Below are positions 1 through 10,483 of a stretch of DNA of 64,000 nucleotides, piece after piece. The translations under genes were made by a program, and so were the position numbers. The notes under the pieces are model-generated. The model had not been told where the DNA came from. It made no database searches and worked only from the letters and a program-made list of their open reading frames with translations. The DNA comes from a virus (lineage: Duplodnaviria > Heunggongvirae > Uroviricota > Caudoviricetes): the IMG/VR virus record IMGVR_UViG_3300035520_000350, positions 178,979-242,978 of that record. One strand, given 5' to 3'. Positions within the stretch are counted from its first letter, which is position 1, and each line of letters opens with the position of its first letter.

Positions 1-47
1 TTGTCATATTAAAGACAACAGCCAATGGTAAGTTCTGTATTGATAAT

Positions 48-452
48 ATGATTCACTACAGAATAAACGATTGGGATTTAATCACTGACTCTGATAATGC
101 TATCTTTGTTGATAAGATCAATAAGACAGTGTTTATTAGAGAATATGGAAGGGCTCTTCGGGAAATAGCTCCTGAAGATCCTGAACAAAGACAATACGTC
201 ATATTGATATACGACTTATCTGATGAGGAATTCAATGAATGGGTTGCTCTAGAAGGTCGTACTCAGGCGTATGAGTACATTAAATCACATGCTTATACGA
301 TGGATGTAACTAAGTCTATCGTATTAACCGAGAATGTAGCTCTTAAGGATGCATTGACAGTATCTCAGTTTGTCCACTTCTTAAAGAATGGAGATATTGT
401 AGAAGATGATGGATTCTATATAGAGGAATTCGAGGAAGAGGCGTTTGATTAA
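48..452 (+). CDS. hypothetical protein
   Basis: 134-aa ORF, co-oriented with the downstream operon. Confidence 0.6.
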   Translation: MIHYRINDWDLITDSDNAIFVDKINKTVFIREYGRALREIAPEDPEQRQYVILIYDLSDEEFNEWVALEGRTQAYEYIKSHAYTMDVTKSIVLTENVALKDALTVSQFVHFLKNGDIVEDDGFYIEEFEEEAFD

Positions 453-477
453 ATAAAAGGAAAGGAAGAATGGAAAG

Positions 478-912
478 ATGGCACAGAAAAATCAACTAAA
501 CTTTTTCGATCAGATGATCAGACAGTATGGTGAAAACTTTATTGTAATGCTTACACCAGAGAAGATTCAGAGATCGGCAAAGCAAAGAATCTTTAGGGAA
601 ATGGTACAGGGTAAGATCAACTATACTGAGTATGGTAATTACTTTACCGACCCTAAGCTTTTTGAAAATTTACTTATTGCTGCTCAGGACGAACTCAATA
701 ATAATAGCATACTAAAGTATGCTCTTACTGAGTTTGACTTTAATCATCCTGGTAACAATTCAGTAGTGTTGCTCAAGGGCAAACATACAAACCTTGAGTA
801 CGTTTATAGTGTTATCTGCAACAAGCTGATGATGGTTAAGATGGATAACTATAATATTGGTTATCTGTCAGATCTGTCAACAGTCTTGTATAGCTACAGA
901 AATCAAATATAA
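478..912 (+). CDS. hypothetical phage protein
   Basis: 144-aa ORF with purine-rich RBS. Confidence 0.7.
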   Translation: MAQKNQLNFFDQMIRQYGENFIVMLTPEKIQRSAKQRIFREMVQGKINYTEYGNYFTDPKLFENLLIAAQDELNNNSILKYALTEFDFNHPGNNSVVLLKGKHTNLEYVYSVICNKLMMVKMDNYNIGYLSDLSTVLYSYRNQI

Positions 913-932
913 GAAAGGAGTTATGACTTGAA

Positions 933-1358
933 ATGGAAACAGCAAAGTTAAAGAAAGTTCTTTCGGACATCGAAAAAAGTGGGGCTAAGAGATTTACTTT
1001 GTATTGTAACAATAGTTACTTGATCGAGGTAAATAGCGACTCCACTAGATGCGTCTTTGATGACGCAAATGAGATGCTGTATTTCTTTAGAGTACCCAAT
1101 ATGGTACAGCCTAAAGATTTCAGACCTATTGCAATCGAGTGCATGGAGTATTCTGTTATCGAACGTGTATGTGTTCCGACAGACTACGTTACAGCAACAA
1201 AGATCGCTGAAGCAGCAGGATTGACTATTCCGGACGATGTAAAAGAATGGTTGTCAAAAGCGGCTTCACAGTCTGGTCTGTATCCTATTCAGGATAGCAG
1301 ACATGTGGAAGAGAAGGATAATATCAATCCTACGAATCCAATCCCGTCAGTACGGTAA
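933..1358 (+). CDS. hypothetical phage protein
   Basis: 141-aa ORF, AAGGAG RBS. Confidence 0.7.
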   Translation: METAKLKKVLSDIEKSGAKRFTLYCNNSYLIEVNSDSTRCVFDDANEMLYFFRVPNMVQPKDFRPIAIECMEYSVIERVCVPTDYVTATKIAEAAGLTIPDDVKEWLSKAASQSGLYPIQDSRHVEEKDNINPTNPIPSVR

Positions 1359-1388
1359 TAATATGCCAGAGCAATATATAGCTTAGGT

Positions 1389-1397
1389 ATATATTAT
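1389..1397 (+). promoter_or_regulatory. putative early (virion RNAP) promoter ATATATTAT
   Basis: Motif recurs intergenically at 10414, 15796, 17234 (ATATATTAC), 34649 and 43375; resembles phiKZ/AR9 early promoter motifs. Confidence 0.6.
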
Positions 1398-1457
1398 AGA
1401 GGTGTAATCAAACATCATCACATTTTTAAAAATATCAAATAAGGAGGAAAATGAATC

Positions 1458-2324
1458 ATGTTTGACACAAATGGTAACAACACTTATGGAGGGGTAGTGT
1501 ATAACCCACAGAACGGTCAGTATCAGCAGAAGCAGACAAGTACATTGACTCAGGAGGAGTACAATCGCCTCATGAAGCAGGAGAACCGCTTCAGTCTGGC
1601 TTTGACCGAAACAGAAGTACTGAGAGGTCTGTGCAATCACAGATCACTTGACGGTATGAAAGATATGCTTACGCAGGACCCGGATGGAACAGTTCGTTGC
1701 GAGGTATGCGGCTACAGATTTGAGCCGGTAGATCCGTCTATGACAGAAGAAGACGTTAAGGAATCGGTTAAGTTGATCACAGATATCCTGCAGACGATCA
1801 AGCTGCTCTTCATCGATATGCCGGTGAGTGCATCAAGAGAGTTCTTCCAGATTATTCCGCTTTTGGAGAAGGTTCCGGATCTGTTCAAGCTGGCTGTAAG
1901 TAACTTCAGCAAGCACGAGAACGTGAATGCTTGGGGCTACCGTGGTCAGAATATGGGAACGATGAATCTGTTCAACATGCTTTCCGGCGCTCTCAACGGT
2001 GGTACGCCGATGTATGGTCAGCCGCAGTATCAGCAGCCATTTCAGCAGCAGCCTATGAACAACGGTTACTATGGTGCATTCGGAACACAGGTTCCGCCGA
2101 TGAACGCTCCGGTAGGCGCGCAGGCTCCAATGGGTAATCCTGCTATGATGGGTGGTTACAATCCGCAGACAGTAGGTTTCCAGTATGGTCAGCCACAGCC
2201 GCAGATGCAGTATCCAATGGACCCGAACATGGCAGCACAGCAGGCAGGTGTACCGGTACAGACACCAACGACTGCAACAACAGACGGTAAAGAAGTAACC
2301 GTTAATACACAGCTTAAAGCGTAA
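1458..2324 (+). CDS. Zn-ribbon protein with Q/P/G/M-rich low-complexity C-terminus
   Basis: CNH...CEVC; QQPFQQQPMNN-type tail; AAGGAGG RBS; followed by a terminator. Confidence 0.75.
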   Translation: MFDTNGNNTYGGVVYNPQNGQYQQKQTSTLTQEEYNRLMKQENRFSLALTETEVLRGLCNHRSLDGMKDMLTQDPDGTVRCEVCGYRFEPVDPSMTEEDVKESVKLITDILQTIKLLFIDMPVSASREFFQIIPLLEKVPDLFKLAVSNFSKHENVNAWGYRGQNMGTMNLFNMLSGALNGGTPMYGQPQYQQPFQQQPMNNGYYGAFGTQVPPMNAPVGAQAPMGNPAMMGGYNPQTVGFQYGQPQPQMQYPMDPNMAAQQAGVPVQTPTTATTDGKEVTVNTQLKA

Positions 2325-2356
2325 CAGTCATATCCAAAAACAGGCAAAATAATAAT

Positions 2357-2388
2357 GGGGTAGGAGGTTAATATCTCCTACCCCGTTT
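2357..2388 (+). terminator. intrinsic terminator
   Basis: GGGGTAGGAG/CTCCTACCCC stem followed by T-tract. Confidence 0.75.
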
Positions 2389-2489
2389 TATCTCTTGTCT
2401 AAGATTTTTTCTTCTCTTGAGTAATCATTCATAAAATGATAAACTATATAGTTGATCGAGATATGAAATAAACTTTAACGAAAGGTGTA

Positions 2490-2501
2490 AACAAGGTAAT
2501 A
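2490..2501 (+). promoter_or_regulatory. putative nvRNAP promoter AACA-N6-TA
   Basis: AACA AGGTAA TA upstream of gyrB; matches the AR9 late consensus; at least 10 intergenic copies in the window. Confidence 0.55.
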
Positions 2502-2549
2502 ATGATCATATCCAATGATTAAAACTATAGAAAGGAAGTACAGTGATAT

Positions 2550-4103
2550 ATGGCTTCATTAAATGAAAGCATGAAAGCAGCCGTTGATAACTATGCCAAT
2601 GATATTATTACATTGAAAGACTTTGTAACGGCTGTACGTAAACGACCCGGTATGTATATCGGAGCTGCTGAAGATGCTATATTGAATTGCATCAGAGAGA
2701 TATTTCAAAACTCTATTGATCAGATGGTAGATCCTGGTAGTCCCTGCGATTGGTTCTCATTATATTATAATGAGCAAACCTTAGAGTTCGTAGTAGAGGA
2801 TAATGGATTAGGTTTTCCATTTGATCAGATTATAAGAATCCTTACAACTCAACATACCTCGAAGAACTTTGAGAAGAAACTGTTTCAGTATTCATCAGGA
2901 CTTCATGGTATAGGTGCTAAGGTAGTTAATGCTTTATCTGAGTACTTTAAGGTAGAGTCGTATAGATACGACGGTAAGGCAGTAATGATGGAATTCCGTA
3001 AGGGTTATCCGTTATATGATAAGCCTAAGGTTATTCCTAATAAAGAAAAGAAGCAAGGTTCTAGGATTACATTTAGTCCTGATACAGAGATACTGGATCA
3101 GACTAACTTAGATTGGAGAACCTTATATAGACTGGTAAAGAATATCATGTCATTGACGCCTATTGGTTGTCATATGGATTTCTTTGCCGTAGATTCCAAT
3201 GGTAAGAAGATTACAGAGTCTATCACTAATACTGATGGGATTCTGACCAATATAATTATGAAGGTTAAGCATCCTGTTGCTAAGCCTATCGTAATAACGG
3301 CAGACGATGGAACACATAGATTGGAGTGTGCTATCTGCTATGATATAGGAGATGAGAATACTGGTTTGATGGATATGGAAAGCGTTACCGCTTTCTCTAA
3401 CTTCTGTCCTACCAGAGGTGGAACTCATGTAGATGGAACTATCGAAGGAATCACTAGATGGTTCACTCTATATATGAACAACATCTATCTCATAAATCAG
3501 AAGTCTAAAGATAAGCTTAAAGTTAATGCTAATGATATTAAGACTGGTTTAAACCTTATGATTGGAGCAGCTCACTTAGAGCCTATTATGGTAGGTCAGT
3601 CTAAAGAGTTGCTTAGTAATCCAGATATGATTCCATTCTGTAAAGAGACCGTAATGAAAGGTCTTGATGAATGGAGTAAATCTAATCCTCAAGATTTAGC
3701 TAAGTTAGCTAAGTTCTTTAAGGAAGTAGCTGAAGTTAGACAGAAGACTGAAGCTAGTAAGCAGAAGATTGCTACTAAATATAAAGCAAGTGTATTATCT
3801 GGTTTACCAGATAAGTATGCTAAGCCATTAGGAAAGGAACATCTTGAACTACTTATAGTAGAAGGAGATTCCGCTGGTGGTATGGCTAAGAACGGAAGAG
3901 ACAAATATAGGCAAGGTGTATTCCCAATCAGAGGTAAAATGCCTAATGCATTCCAGAAATCTTATAAAGAGTTCATGGCTAATGCAGAGGTACAAGCTAT
4001 CATAAACATCTTGCTTGGTGGAAAAGAATATACAAGAAAGTTTGATCCGTATAAAGACGTGAAATATGAGAAAGTCATATTCATGGCTGATGCGGATGTG
4101 GAT
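2550..4103 (+). CDS. gyrB: DNA gyrase/topoisomerase II subunit B, exon 1
   Basis: VRKRPGMYIG, EIFQNSID, DNGLG, SGLHGIG, EGDSA, PIRGK, ends at DADVD. Confidence 0.95.
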
Positions 4104-4447
4104 AGACAATACTGTCCGAAAATGCTTTTCGCTTAACTAGGCGGGTCATTATATTATAATGGCTAACGGTAAGAGTTGAATAAGACTGATGTATGAAGCC
4201 GAGAGGAGATATACATCCAATAGACCATAGACGAAGTAGCTCTCTAAGAAAGCCTAAGGACCATATCTAAGATATGGTTAGCTTGGTACTACCGTGGGAA
4301 ATATAAGTAGTAATACTTATAAACCCTGTATCGACTATCCTCGTGAGGAGGAGTACGGCTACTATTAGTACGTAGCTGGAAAGAGCATTCTATCTATTAT
4401 AGATAGTAAAATATAGTCAGTACCATTGGAAACAATGGACTAATACG
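4104..4447 (+). ncRNA. group I intron in gyrB (no ORF)
   Basis: Removal restores DADVD|GAHI; exon ends in U, intron ends in G; P1 GGAU/GUCC; P7 elements CGACTA (~4332) and TATAGTC (~4412). Confidence 0.9.
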
Positions 4448-5260
4448 GGTGCGCATATTAATGCGTTATTGCTTAGGTTCTTTCTGTTGTATATGCCTCA
4501 GCTTATAGAAGCAGGTAAGGTATATAAAGCAGTTCCACCATTATATTCAGTAGCCACTGGAAAGAAAACTACCTACTTTACAGATCAGGTAGACATCACG
4601 AGATACATCCAGAAGTACTTTACTCAGAATCATGCTATCACAAGAGCTGGTAAAGGAGGAAGTAAACTTACTGGGAAAGAACTTACTGTTCTATTCTTAA
4701 CGAATGTGGATTATGTATATGAGTTGGAGAGAATCTCTAAGACATATGCTATGAATCCGGCATTGCTTGAGATGGTGTTATTGAACTACTACAACAAGCA
4801 ATCTATATCTTCTCTTAAGAAAGAGATTAAGTCTAACTATAGATTTATGGATGTCTCTAAGAGAAATGGAGTATATGTTGTAGAAGGTACTATAGATCAG
4901 TCTTATGAGTTATTCATCACTGATAAGCTGATCAATGATTGTTCTCTTATACTTAATATCATTAGTAAGAATGAGTCTACTTGCTATAATATGGATGGTA
5001 AGGAGGCTTCATTATATGAAGTAATGAAAGAGTATGAGAAGTGTACACCGAACAGTTTACAGCGTTATAAGGGCTTAGGTGAAATGGACGTAGAGGAGAT
5101 CATTGAATCTACTATGAGTCCGTTCACTAATCGTACTTTAGTACGGTATACTCTTGAAGATGCTAAAGAGGAGATTGAGGCAATAAGAGACTATGAAACA
5201 GATTTGTCTAAGTTACTAAATCTCGTCGGAGAAGTCAATAGACAAGATCTATTAGACTAG
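4448..5260 (+). CDS. gyrB: gyrase subunit B, exon 2
   Basis: GAHINALLLRFF...PPLY...QRYKGLGEM. Confidence 0.93.
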   Translation, partial: GAHINALLLRFFLLYMPQLIEAGKVYKAVPPLYSVATGKKTTYFTDQVDITRYIQKYFTQNHAITRAGKGGSKLTGKELTVLFLTNVDYVYELERISKTYAMNPALLEMVLLNYYNKQSISSLKKEIKSNYRFMDVSKRNGVYVVEGTIDQSYELFITDKLINDCSLILNIISKNESTCYNMDGKEASLYEVMKEYEKCTPNSLQRYKGLGEMDVEEIIESTMSPFTNRTLVRYTLEDAKEEIEAIRDYETDLSKLLNLVGEVNRQDLLD

Positions 5261-5263
5261 GAG

Positions 5264-5755
5264 GTGAATTTAAGAGTAATGAGTAAATTCATCGAAGTTA
5301 AGGACGCGCTTGGAATAGATAACGAGCGCGTCTGGTATTATATACCTGGGTTTAATGGATACGAGATATCCAATGATTATTACATCAGAAGTATGAAGCA
5401 TTGGAAGAAGTATCCTACAGGTATTCTCATCAAGCCTATATCAACTAGGCAATCTGATGGGTTACAAACGTTTGAGCTTTCTAATGATAATAATGAAAGA
5501 GTTAGAGTAACTCCATTTGAATTAATGGAGTTAGCTAAGTCCAACAATTATCAATATCCTGGTTATCCTAGAAAGACATATCAATGTGATATGGCTCCAC
5601 GTAATATACATGCATTCATTAAGAAGAAGGAACAGCCTAGATATAATGAAGAAGCAAACATCATACCACATTTCAGTGTGATAAAAGAATCTAAGACAGA
5701 GATTATATGTCCAGTATATGATCTGTCAGGAAGGGGTATGTATTATGGTAGGTAA
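5264..5755 (+). CDS. NUMOD4-motif protein, no evident HNH domain
   Basis: WYYIPGFNGYEISNDYYIRS resembles NUMOD4; start may be ATG 5279. Confidence 0.6.
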   Translation: MNLRVMSKFIEVKDALGIDNERVWYYIPGFNGYEISNDYYIRSMKHWKKYPTGILIKPISTRQSDGLQTFELSNDNNERVRVTPFELMELAKSNNYQYPGYPRKTYQCDMAPRNIHAFIKKKEQPRYNEEANIIPHFSVIKESKTEIICPVYDLSGRGMYYGR

Positions 5756-8700
5756 GAAACAGCCTAAAGCAGAAGATACATCAAACAAAGAAGAGACTAG
5801 TAGAATTTTAGAGCACGATGTATTAGACAGTTATGAACAGGACATGGTAAAGTATTCTATTATCGTAGATAGAAGAAGATCTTTACCGGAGGACAGGGAT
5901 GCATTAAAACCTGTACAAAGACGAGTGATATATGACATGTATAAGCAACATGCGACATCATTTGGTAAAAGAATTAAGTCTTCTGCAATAGTAGGAGACA
6001 CTATGAAACTATTCCATGGACATGGTGAGTGCAATCAGGCGAATACGTTATTGCTTGGACTTGATGGAAAGACGTATACTATTGGAGAGTTATATGAAAA
6101 TCATGTAGAATCTCTTGAGATATTATCTGTTGATCCATCTAGCGGAAATGTGATCAAAGCTGTAGCTTCCGATTTCCGTATAGGACAGTATACGAATGAG
6201 AAATATCATATCGTATTCTCTAATGGAGGTGAGATAGTTTGTACATCTAATCATCCGATTATGATGCACGATAAAAGTTATCTTCAGGCTAAGGATATTA
6301 AGCCTGGAATGGTTGCAATGAGAAAGCTGATAGCTATGAACTCAAATATGATTGGATTGGTTGAATCAGATAATTGCAGCCCTCAGATGAATCATATGTT
6401 TGAAGTATTTGATCGGATTGTGTTGAAAGGGCAGAAGATCAATCGGGAAAATTATATATCAAACGAAGACGAAGAGCCTGTTGAAATGGCTCTGTTTGGG
6501 TATTATATGAATTGCTTCTATAAACTCAAACCCATTATTGCTAAAGTCTGGATTGAGCCAACTGATAATGAGCCAATGTATGACTTCACAGTAGTTGGTC
6601 CAGAGAATATGCTGATACCAATTGGAAATACAGATAGTTCCATGTTTCCGATGGCTTGTATTCATAATAGTTCTATCTATGGAACTATGGAACCTTTGGC
6701 TAACTGGTTCAAATGCAAGATGCCGTTGATAGCTCCTAAAGGTAACTGGGGTACTATAATGGGTGATGGTCCTGCGGCTATGCGATACACTGAAGCCGGA
6801 TTATCTGAGTTTGGTATGGAGTGTGTTATTGGAGATCTTAAGGAGCATGAGAATATTGTAGATTGGATTCCAAACTATGATAGAAAGACAGTAGAACCAG
6901 AGTTCTTACCAGTTAAAGTACCTTTACTTCTTATTAATGGAAGTTTTGGTATTGGTGTTGGAATGGCTGTTAATATCCCACCTCATAATCTGATAGAAGT
7001 AGTTAATGAGGTTAGAGCAGTTATAAAAGACCCTGACCACGAGGTGGTTCTTGTTCCAGACCACTGCTTACCTTGTAATATCATTGAAACAGACTTTAGA
7101 GAAATCTCTAGAACTGGTAGTGGTAGTTATAAGGTAAGAGGTATTGTAGAAGTTACTGAGTTCAAAGGTGATCCTGCACTTATAGTACGTTCATTACCGG
7201 ATAGAGTAACAACTGATGTCATTGTAAAGAAACTTCTTGAGATGATTGAGAAGAAACAGTTGCCAATGATTAAAGATATCTCCGATGCTTCAGCAAATGG
7301 TAATGTAGAGATCATTATCCAGCTTAGGAAAGGTTCTGATCCGGGATATGTAAAAGAGGTATTGTATGCTAAAACTCAGGTGCAGGATACAGTATCTGTA
7401 AACTTCATGGTAGTTCATGGAGTGAATCCTAAAAGAATGTCCTATACAGAATATGTAAAGGAGTTCTTAAAGTTAAGAGCTACTACTAAGTTTCGTTTGT
7501 ACTGCAATAAGTTACAGGTCTCTCTAACTAGATATCACCAGCTTATCGCTTATATTAAGTTACTGGAATCTGGCGAGATTGATAACGTAATCAATATGGT
7601 TAGAAAGCAGACTCATATAGAAGACGATTATGTGGTTGAGTATCTGATTAAGAAAGTAGATCTGACTGACTTGCAGGCTAAGTTCATACTTGGTACAGAT
7701 ATCAGAAAGTTGTCTAAAGCTTATCTGAATAAGTACAAAGAAGAACTTGCAGAACTTGTTAAGAACCAGAAGTATTATGAGGAAGCAGTAACTGATCAGA
7801 GTTCTACTATTATCATGAATGAAATAGATAAAGAACTTGAGGCTATTGCTAACAAGTATGGTTCTCCTAGATTATGTAGAGTAATAAAGGCAACAGACGA
7901 TAACAATATCCCTAGAGGAACATTCAAGGTGGTTATCACAGAAGGTAATTATGTAAGAAAGATTCCGGATACGGATAAAGTAGGAGTTGTAAAGAAAGAC
8001 AATCCTAAGTTTATACTTAGAGTAGATAACGCGGAGAGTCTTCTTATCTTTGATAACAAAGGTAAGGTATTCAAGTTGCCTGTATATAAGATTCCCGTAA
8101 CTGATAAGGCTGGATCTGGTACTGATATAAGAGTATTGCAGAAGAATCTTACTTCTGATATCATATCAGTAATCTATGAGCCAGTGTTAAAGAAGATTGC
8201 AGAGGGAAACAGAAAGCATTATCTTACGGTAGTGTCTAAGAAGAACTCTATCAAGAAGCTTGATATTGAAGACTTCTTGAATGTAAATGTTTCAGGACTT
8301 ATGTACTCTAAGGTTCTTGACGACGATGAGATTGCTGATGTAGCATTAGTTCCAGTAGACTTAGATGTAATCATCTATTCAGGTCATAAGGCGTTAAGAT
8401 GTCCTACTAAGAGCTTACCATTGTTTAAAAGAAATGCTGCTGGTAGTAAGGCTATGAATGTAAAGGATGATATTGAAGGTTTATCTGTGATATATCCTGA
8501 TGCAAACAATATCATAGTCATTACACGTAATGGTAAGATCAATCGGTTTAGATCTGAAGGATTAGTATCATCAGAAAGAGCTAAGTCCGGGACATCCGTA
8601 ATCAAGTTAGACTCATCTGATTCTATCTTCTCTATCTATGGAGTTAATGATAACGACATAATTAGAGTAGTAACAACAGATGGTGTTCAGGAAATTCATG

Positions 8701-8804
8701 TATCAGAAGTTCCTTTAGGATCATCTGTCATGAAGGGTACAAAGATGATCAATCTCAAGTCAAACTTGATTGTGAGAACAGATATTTTAAAAGGAATAGG
8801 TTAG
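5745..8804 (+). CDS. gyrA: DNA gyrase/topoisomerase II subunit A with intein
   Basis: DALKPVQRR, HGHGE..SSIY, AAMRYTE active-site Tyr, NGSFGIGVG, C-terminal pinwheel-like repeats; ATG 5745 follows the RBS. Confidence 0.95.
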   Translation: MVGKKQPKAEDTSNKEETSRILEHDVLDSYEQDMVKYSIIVDRRRSLPEDRDALKPVQRRVIYDMYKQHATSFGKRIKSSAIVGDTMKLFHGHGECNQANTLLLGLDGKTYTIGELYENHVESLEILSVDPSSGNVIKAVASDFRIGQYTNEKYHIVFSNGGEIVCTSNHPIMMHDKSYLQAKDIKPGMVAMRKLIAMNSNMIGLVESDNCSPQMNHMFEVFDRIVLKGQKINRENYISNEDEEPVEMALFGYYMNCFYKLKPIIAKVWIEPTDNEPMYDFTVVGPENMLIPIGNTDSSMFPMACIHNSSIYGTMEPLANWFKCKMPLIAPKGNWGTIMGDGPAAMRYTEAGLSEFGMECVIGDLKEHENIVDWIPNYDRKTVEPEFLPVKVPLLLINGSFGIGVGMAVNIPPHNLIEVVNEVRAVIKDPDHEVVLVPDHCLPCNIIETDFREISRTGSGSYKVRGIVEVTEFKGDPALIVRSLPDRVTTDVIVKKLLEMIEKKQLPMIKDISDASANGNVEIIIQLRKGSDPGYVKEVLYAKTQVQDTVSVNFMVVHGVNPKRMSYTEYVKEFLKLRATTKFRLYCNKLQVSLTRYHQLIAYIKLLESGEIDNVINMVRKQTHIEDDYVVEYLIKKVDLTDLQAKFILGTDIRKLSKAYLNKYKEELAELVKNQKYYEEAVTDQSSTIIMNEIDKELEAIANKYGSPRLCRVIKATDDNNIPRGTFKVVITEGNYVRKIPDTDKVGVVKKDNPKFILRVDNAESLLIFDNKGKVFKLPVYKIPVTDKAGSGTDIRVLQKNLTSDIISVIYEPVLKKIAEGNRKHYLTVVSKKNSIKKLDIEDFLNVNVSGLMYSKVLDDDEIADVALVPVDLDVIIYSGHKALRCPTKSLPLFKRNAAGSKAMNVKDDIEGLSVIYPDANNIIVITRNGKINRFRSEGLVSSERAKSGTSVIKLDSSDSIFSIYGVNDNDIIRVVTTDGVQEIHVSEVPLGSSVMKGTKMINLKSNLIVRTDILKGIG
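6030..6668 (+). mobile_element. mini-intein (213 aa) in GyrA
   Basis: Begins C-NQANT, block B TSNHPI, block F MYDFTV, ends IHN followed by Ser; no clear LAGLIDADG motifs. Confidence 0.9.
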
Positions 8805-8922
8805 TTAGAAGTTTAAGGGGGTGTACTTTACGGTACACCTCTAAGCACCTAAATAGGCTTTATTTCTTGTTTACTATGTCTAGAACAGGTATTTAATAAC
8901 TATGAGAAAGGAGATCACTAAT

Positions 8923-9156
8923 ATGGCTAGTGTTAGTATGAATGACAATTGTGAGACATGCTCTCACAAGAACGTTTGTAAGTATGATTCAAAGGTTCAG
9001 AGCTTATTAAAAGCTATTGAGAGTGTTGCAGAAGGTAGCACTCCTATTGTAAACGTCAATGTTGAGTGTACTAATTTTCAGCACGCAGTCGGAAACATCA
9101 AAGGTGGAAAGGTTTATCGTGGAATCGACTTAGGAGGTGGCATGAAGAGTGTCTAG
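8923..9156 (+). CDS. small Cys-rich protein
   Basis: CETCSHKNVC; RBS before ATG 8923; AACA-N6-TA at 8884. Confidence 0.65.
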   Translation: MASVSMNDNCETCSHKNVCKYDSKVQSLLKAIESVAEGSTPIVNVNVECTNFQHAVGNIKGGKVYRGIDLGGGMKSV

Positions 9157-10399
9157 CGGATTTAAGTTAATGGATTCATTCAGATCTCAAATTAAGAAAA
9201 TGAAAGTTGCTGGTATCAATACTACAGCAGAGTTTGATGTAGGATATCCTACAGGTTTTCTTTCTCTTGACTTTCTGAATGGTTGTGTCATTCATGTAGA
9301 GACAGAAGAGATCCATACAAGTTATAACAGTATCGGAATCATTGATGGTTCTGCTAATACTTTCATTGGAAGATCTGGTTGTGGTAAGTCTACATTAATT
9401 ATGCAGACTGCCGCTAATATCATCAGACCATATCCTAGAGGGAAGTTGTTCATTGATGATATTGAAGGCTCTTTACCTCAGTACAGGAAAGAAGTTCTTA
9501 TTGGATTTCCTAAGGAAGAGTTTGCAGATCGTGTAGATATGCGTAACACCGGTATCACTACAGAGAACGTCTATAAGCGTATTAAGCTTATTCATGATCT
9601 TAAGATTGAGAATAAAGATGAGTTTGAGTACGACACTGGGTTATATGATACAGATGGCAAAAGAATCTTCAAGTTACAGCCTACTACATACGTTATTGAT
9701 TCTCTTCCAATGCTTATGCCGGAAGATATTGCAACAGAGGATGAGATCAATGCTGGTATGGGAGCAGCGGCTATTGCTAAGATGAATACCCAACTTGTAA
9801 AGAAGATTTGTCAGCTTCTTAAAGAGGCTAACATCATGTTGTTCAGTATCAATCATATCCTTGATGATATCCAGCTTAATCCTTATCAGAGAAAACAGGC
9901 TCCTGTAGCAGGATTAAAAGAGGGTGAGAGATTGCCGGGAGGTAGAGCAGCAGTATATCTTGCAAACAACATGTTCCGCCTTGATGATACAAAGACTCTT
10001 AAAGAGACAGAAGGATTCGGTATTGATGGTTCCGTTGTTATGGCTTCAATCGTTAAGTCAAGATCAAACAAGACCAAGAAAGCTGTTCCTCTTATCTTCA
10101 ATAAGACAGAGGGTAGATTCGATAATGAACTGTCTCTGTACTATCTTCTTAAGGAAGAGGGTAGAACAGGAGGAGCCGGTTCTTATATGTATCTGAACGC
10201 ATTGCCTAATGTAAAGTTTGCGCAGAAGAACTTCAAGGAAGTACTTGCTACTAATCCAGAAGTACAACAGGTATTTGCTAAAGAGTGTTATGATGTCCTT
10301 AAAACATTCTTATCAGATATGAAGGTAGAGAGATATGAGGAAGGTGAGCAACCTAAGTTCAATATCAATGATTTGATACTTGGATACTCAGCCGCTTAA
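9149..10399 (+). CDS. recA: RecA/UvsX-like recombinase
   Basis: PTGFLSLD, Walker A GRSGCGKST, VIDS, INH, PGGRA. Confidence 0.85.
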   Translation: MSSGFKLMDSFRSQIKKMKVAGINTTAEFDVGYPTGFLSLDFLNGCVIHVETEEIHTSYNSIGIIDGSANTFIGRSGCGKSTLIMQTAANIIRPYPRGKLFIDDIEGSLPQYRKEVLIGFPKEEFADRVDMRNTGITTENVYKRIKLIHDLKIENKDEFEYDTGLYDTDGKRIFKLQPTTYVIDSLPMLMPEDIATEDEINAGMGAAAIAKMNTQLVKKICQLLKEANIMLFSINHILDDIQLNPYQRKQAPVAGLKEGERLPGGRAAVYLANNMFRLDDTKTLKETEGFGIDGSVVMASIVKSRSNKTKKAVPLIFNKTEGRFDNELSLYYLLKEEGRTGGAGSYMYLNALPNVKFAQKNFKEVLATNPEVQQVFAKECYDVLKTFLSDMKVERYEEGEQPKFNINDLILGYSAA

Positions 10400-10483
10400 A
10401 TTGCAGGAGAAGAATATATTATAAGGTTGGAAGAGAACATTATGTTTCTCTTCCAATTTTGTAAGTATAAGGAGGTAAAAGCA

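Noticed and set aside
4104-4136. gyrB, polB and terL as pseudogenes or stop-codon recoding
   Set aside because: The breaks are explained by group I introns; TAG and TGA act as normal stops elsewhere
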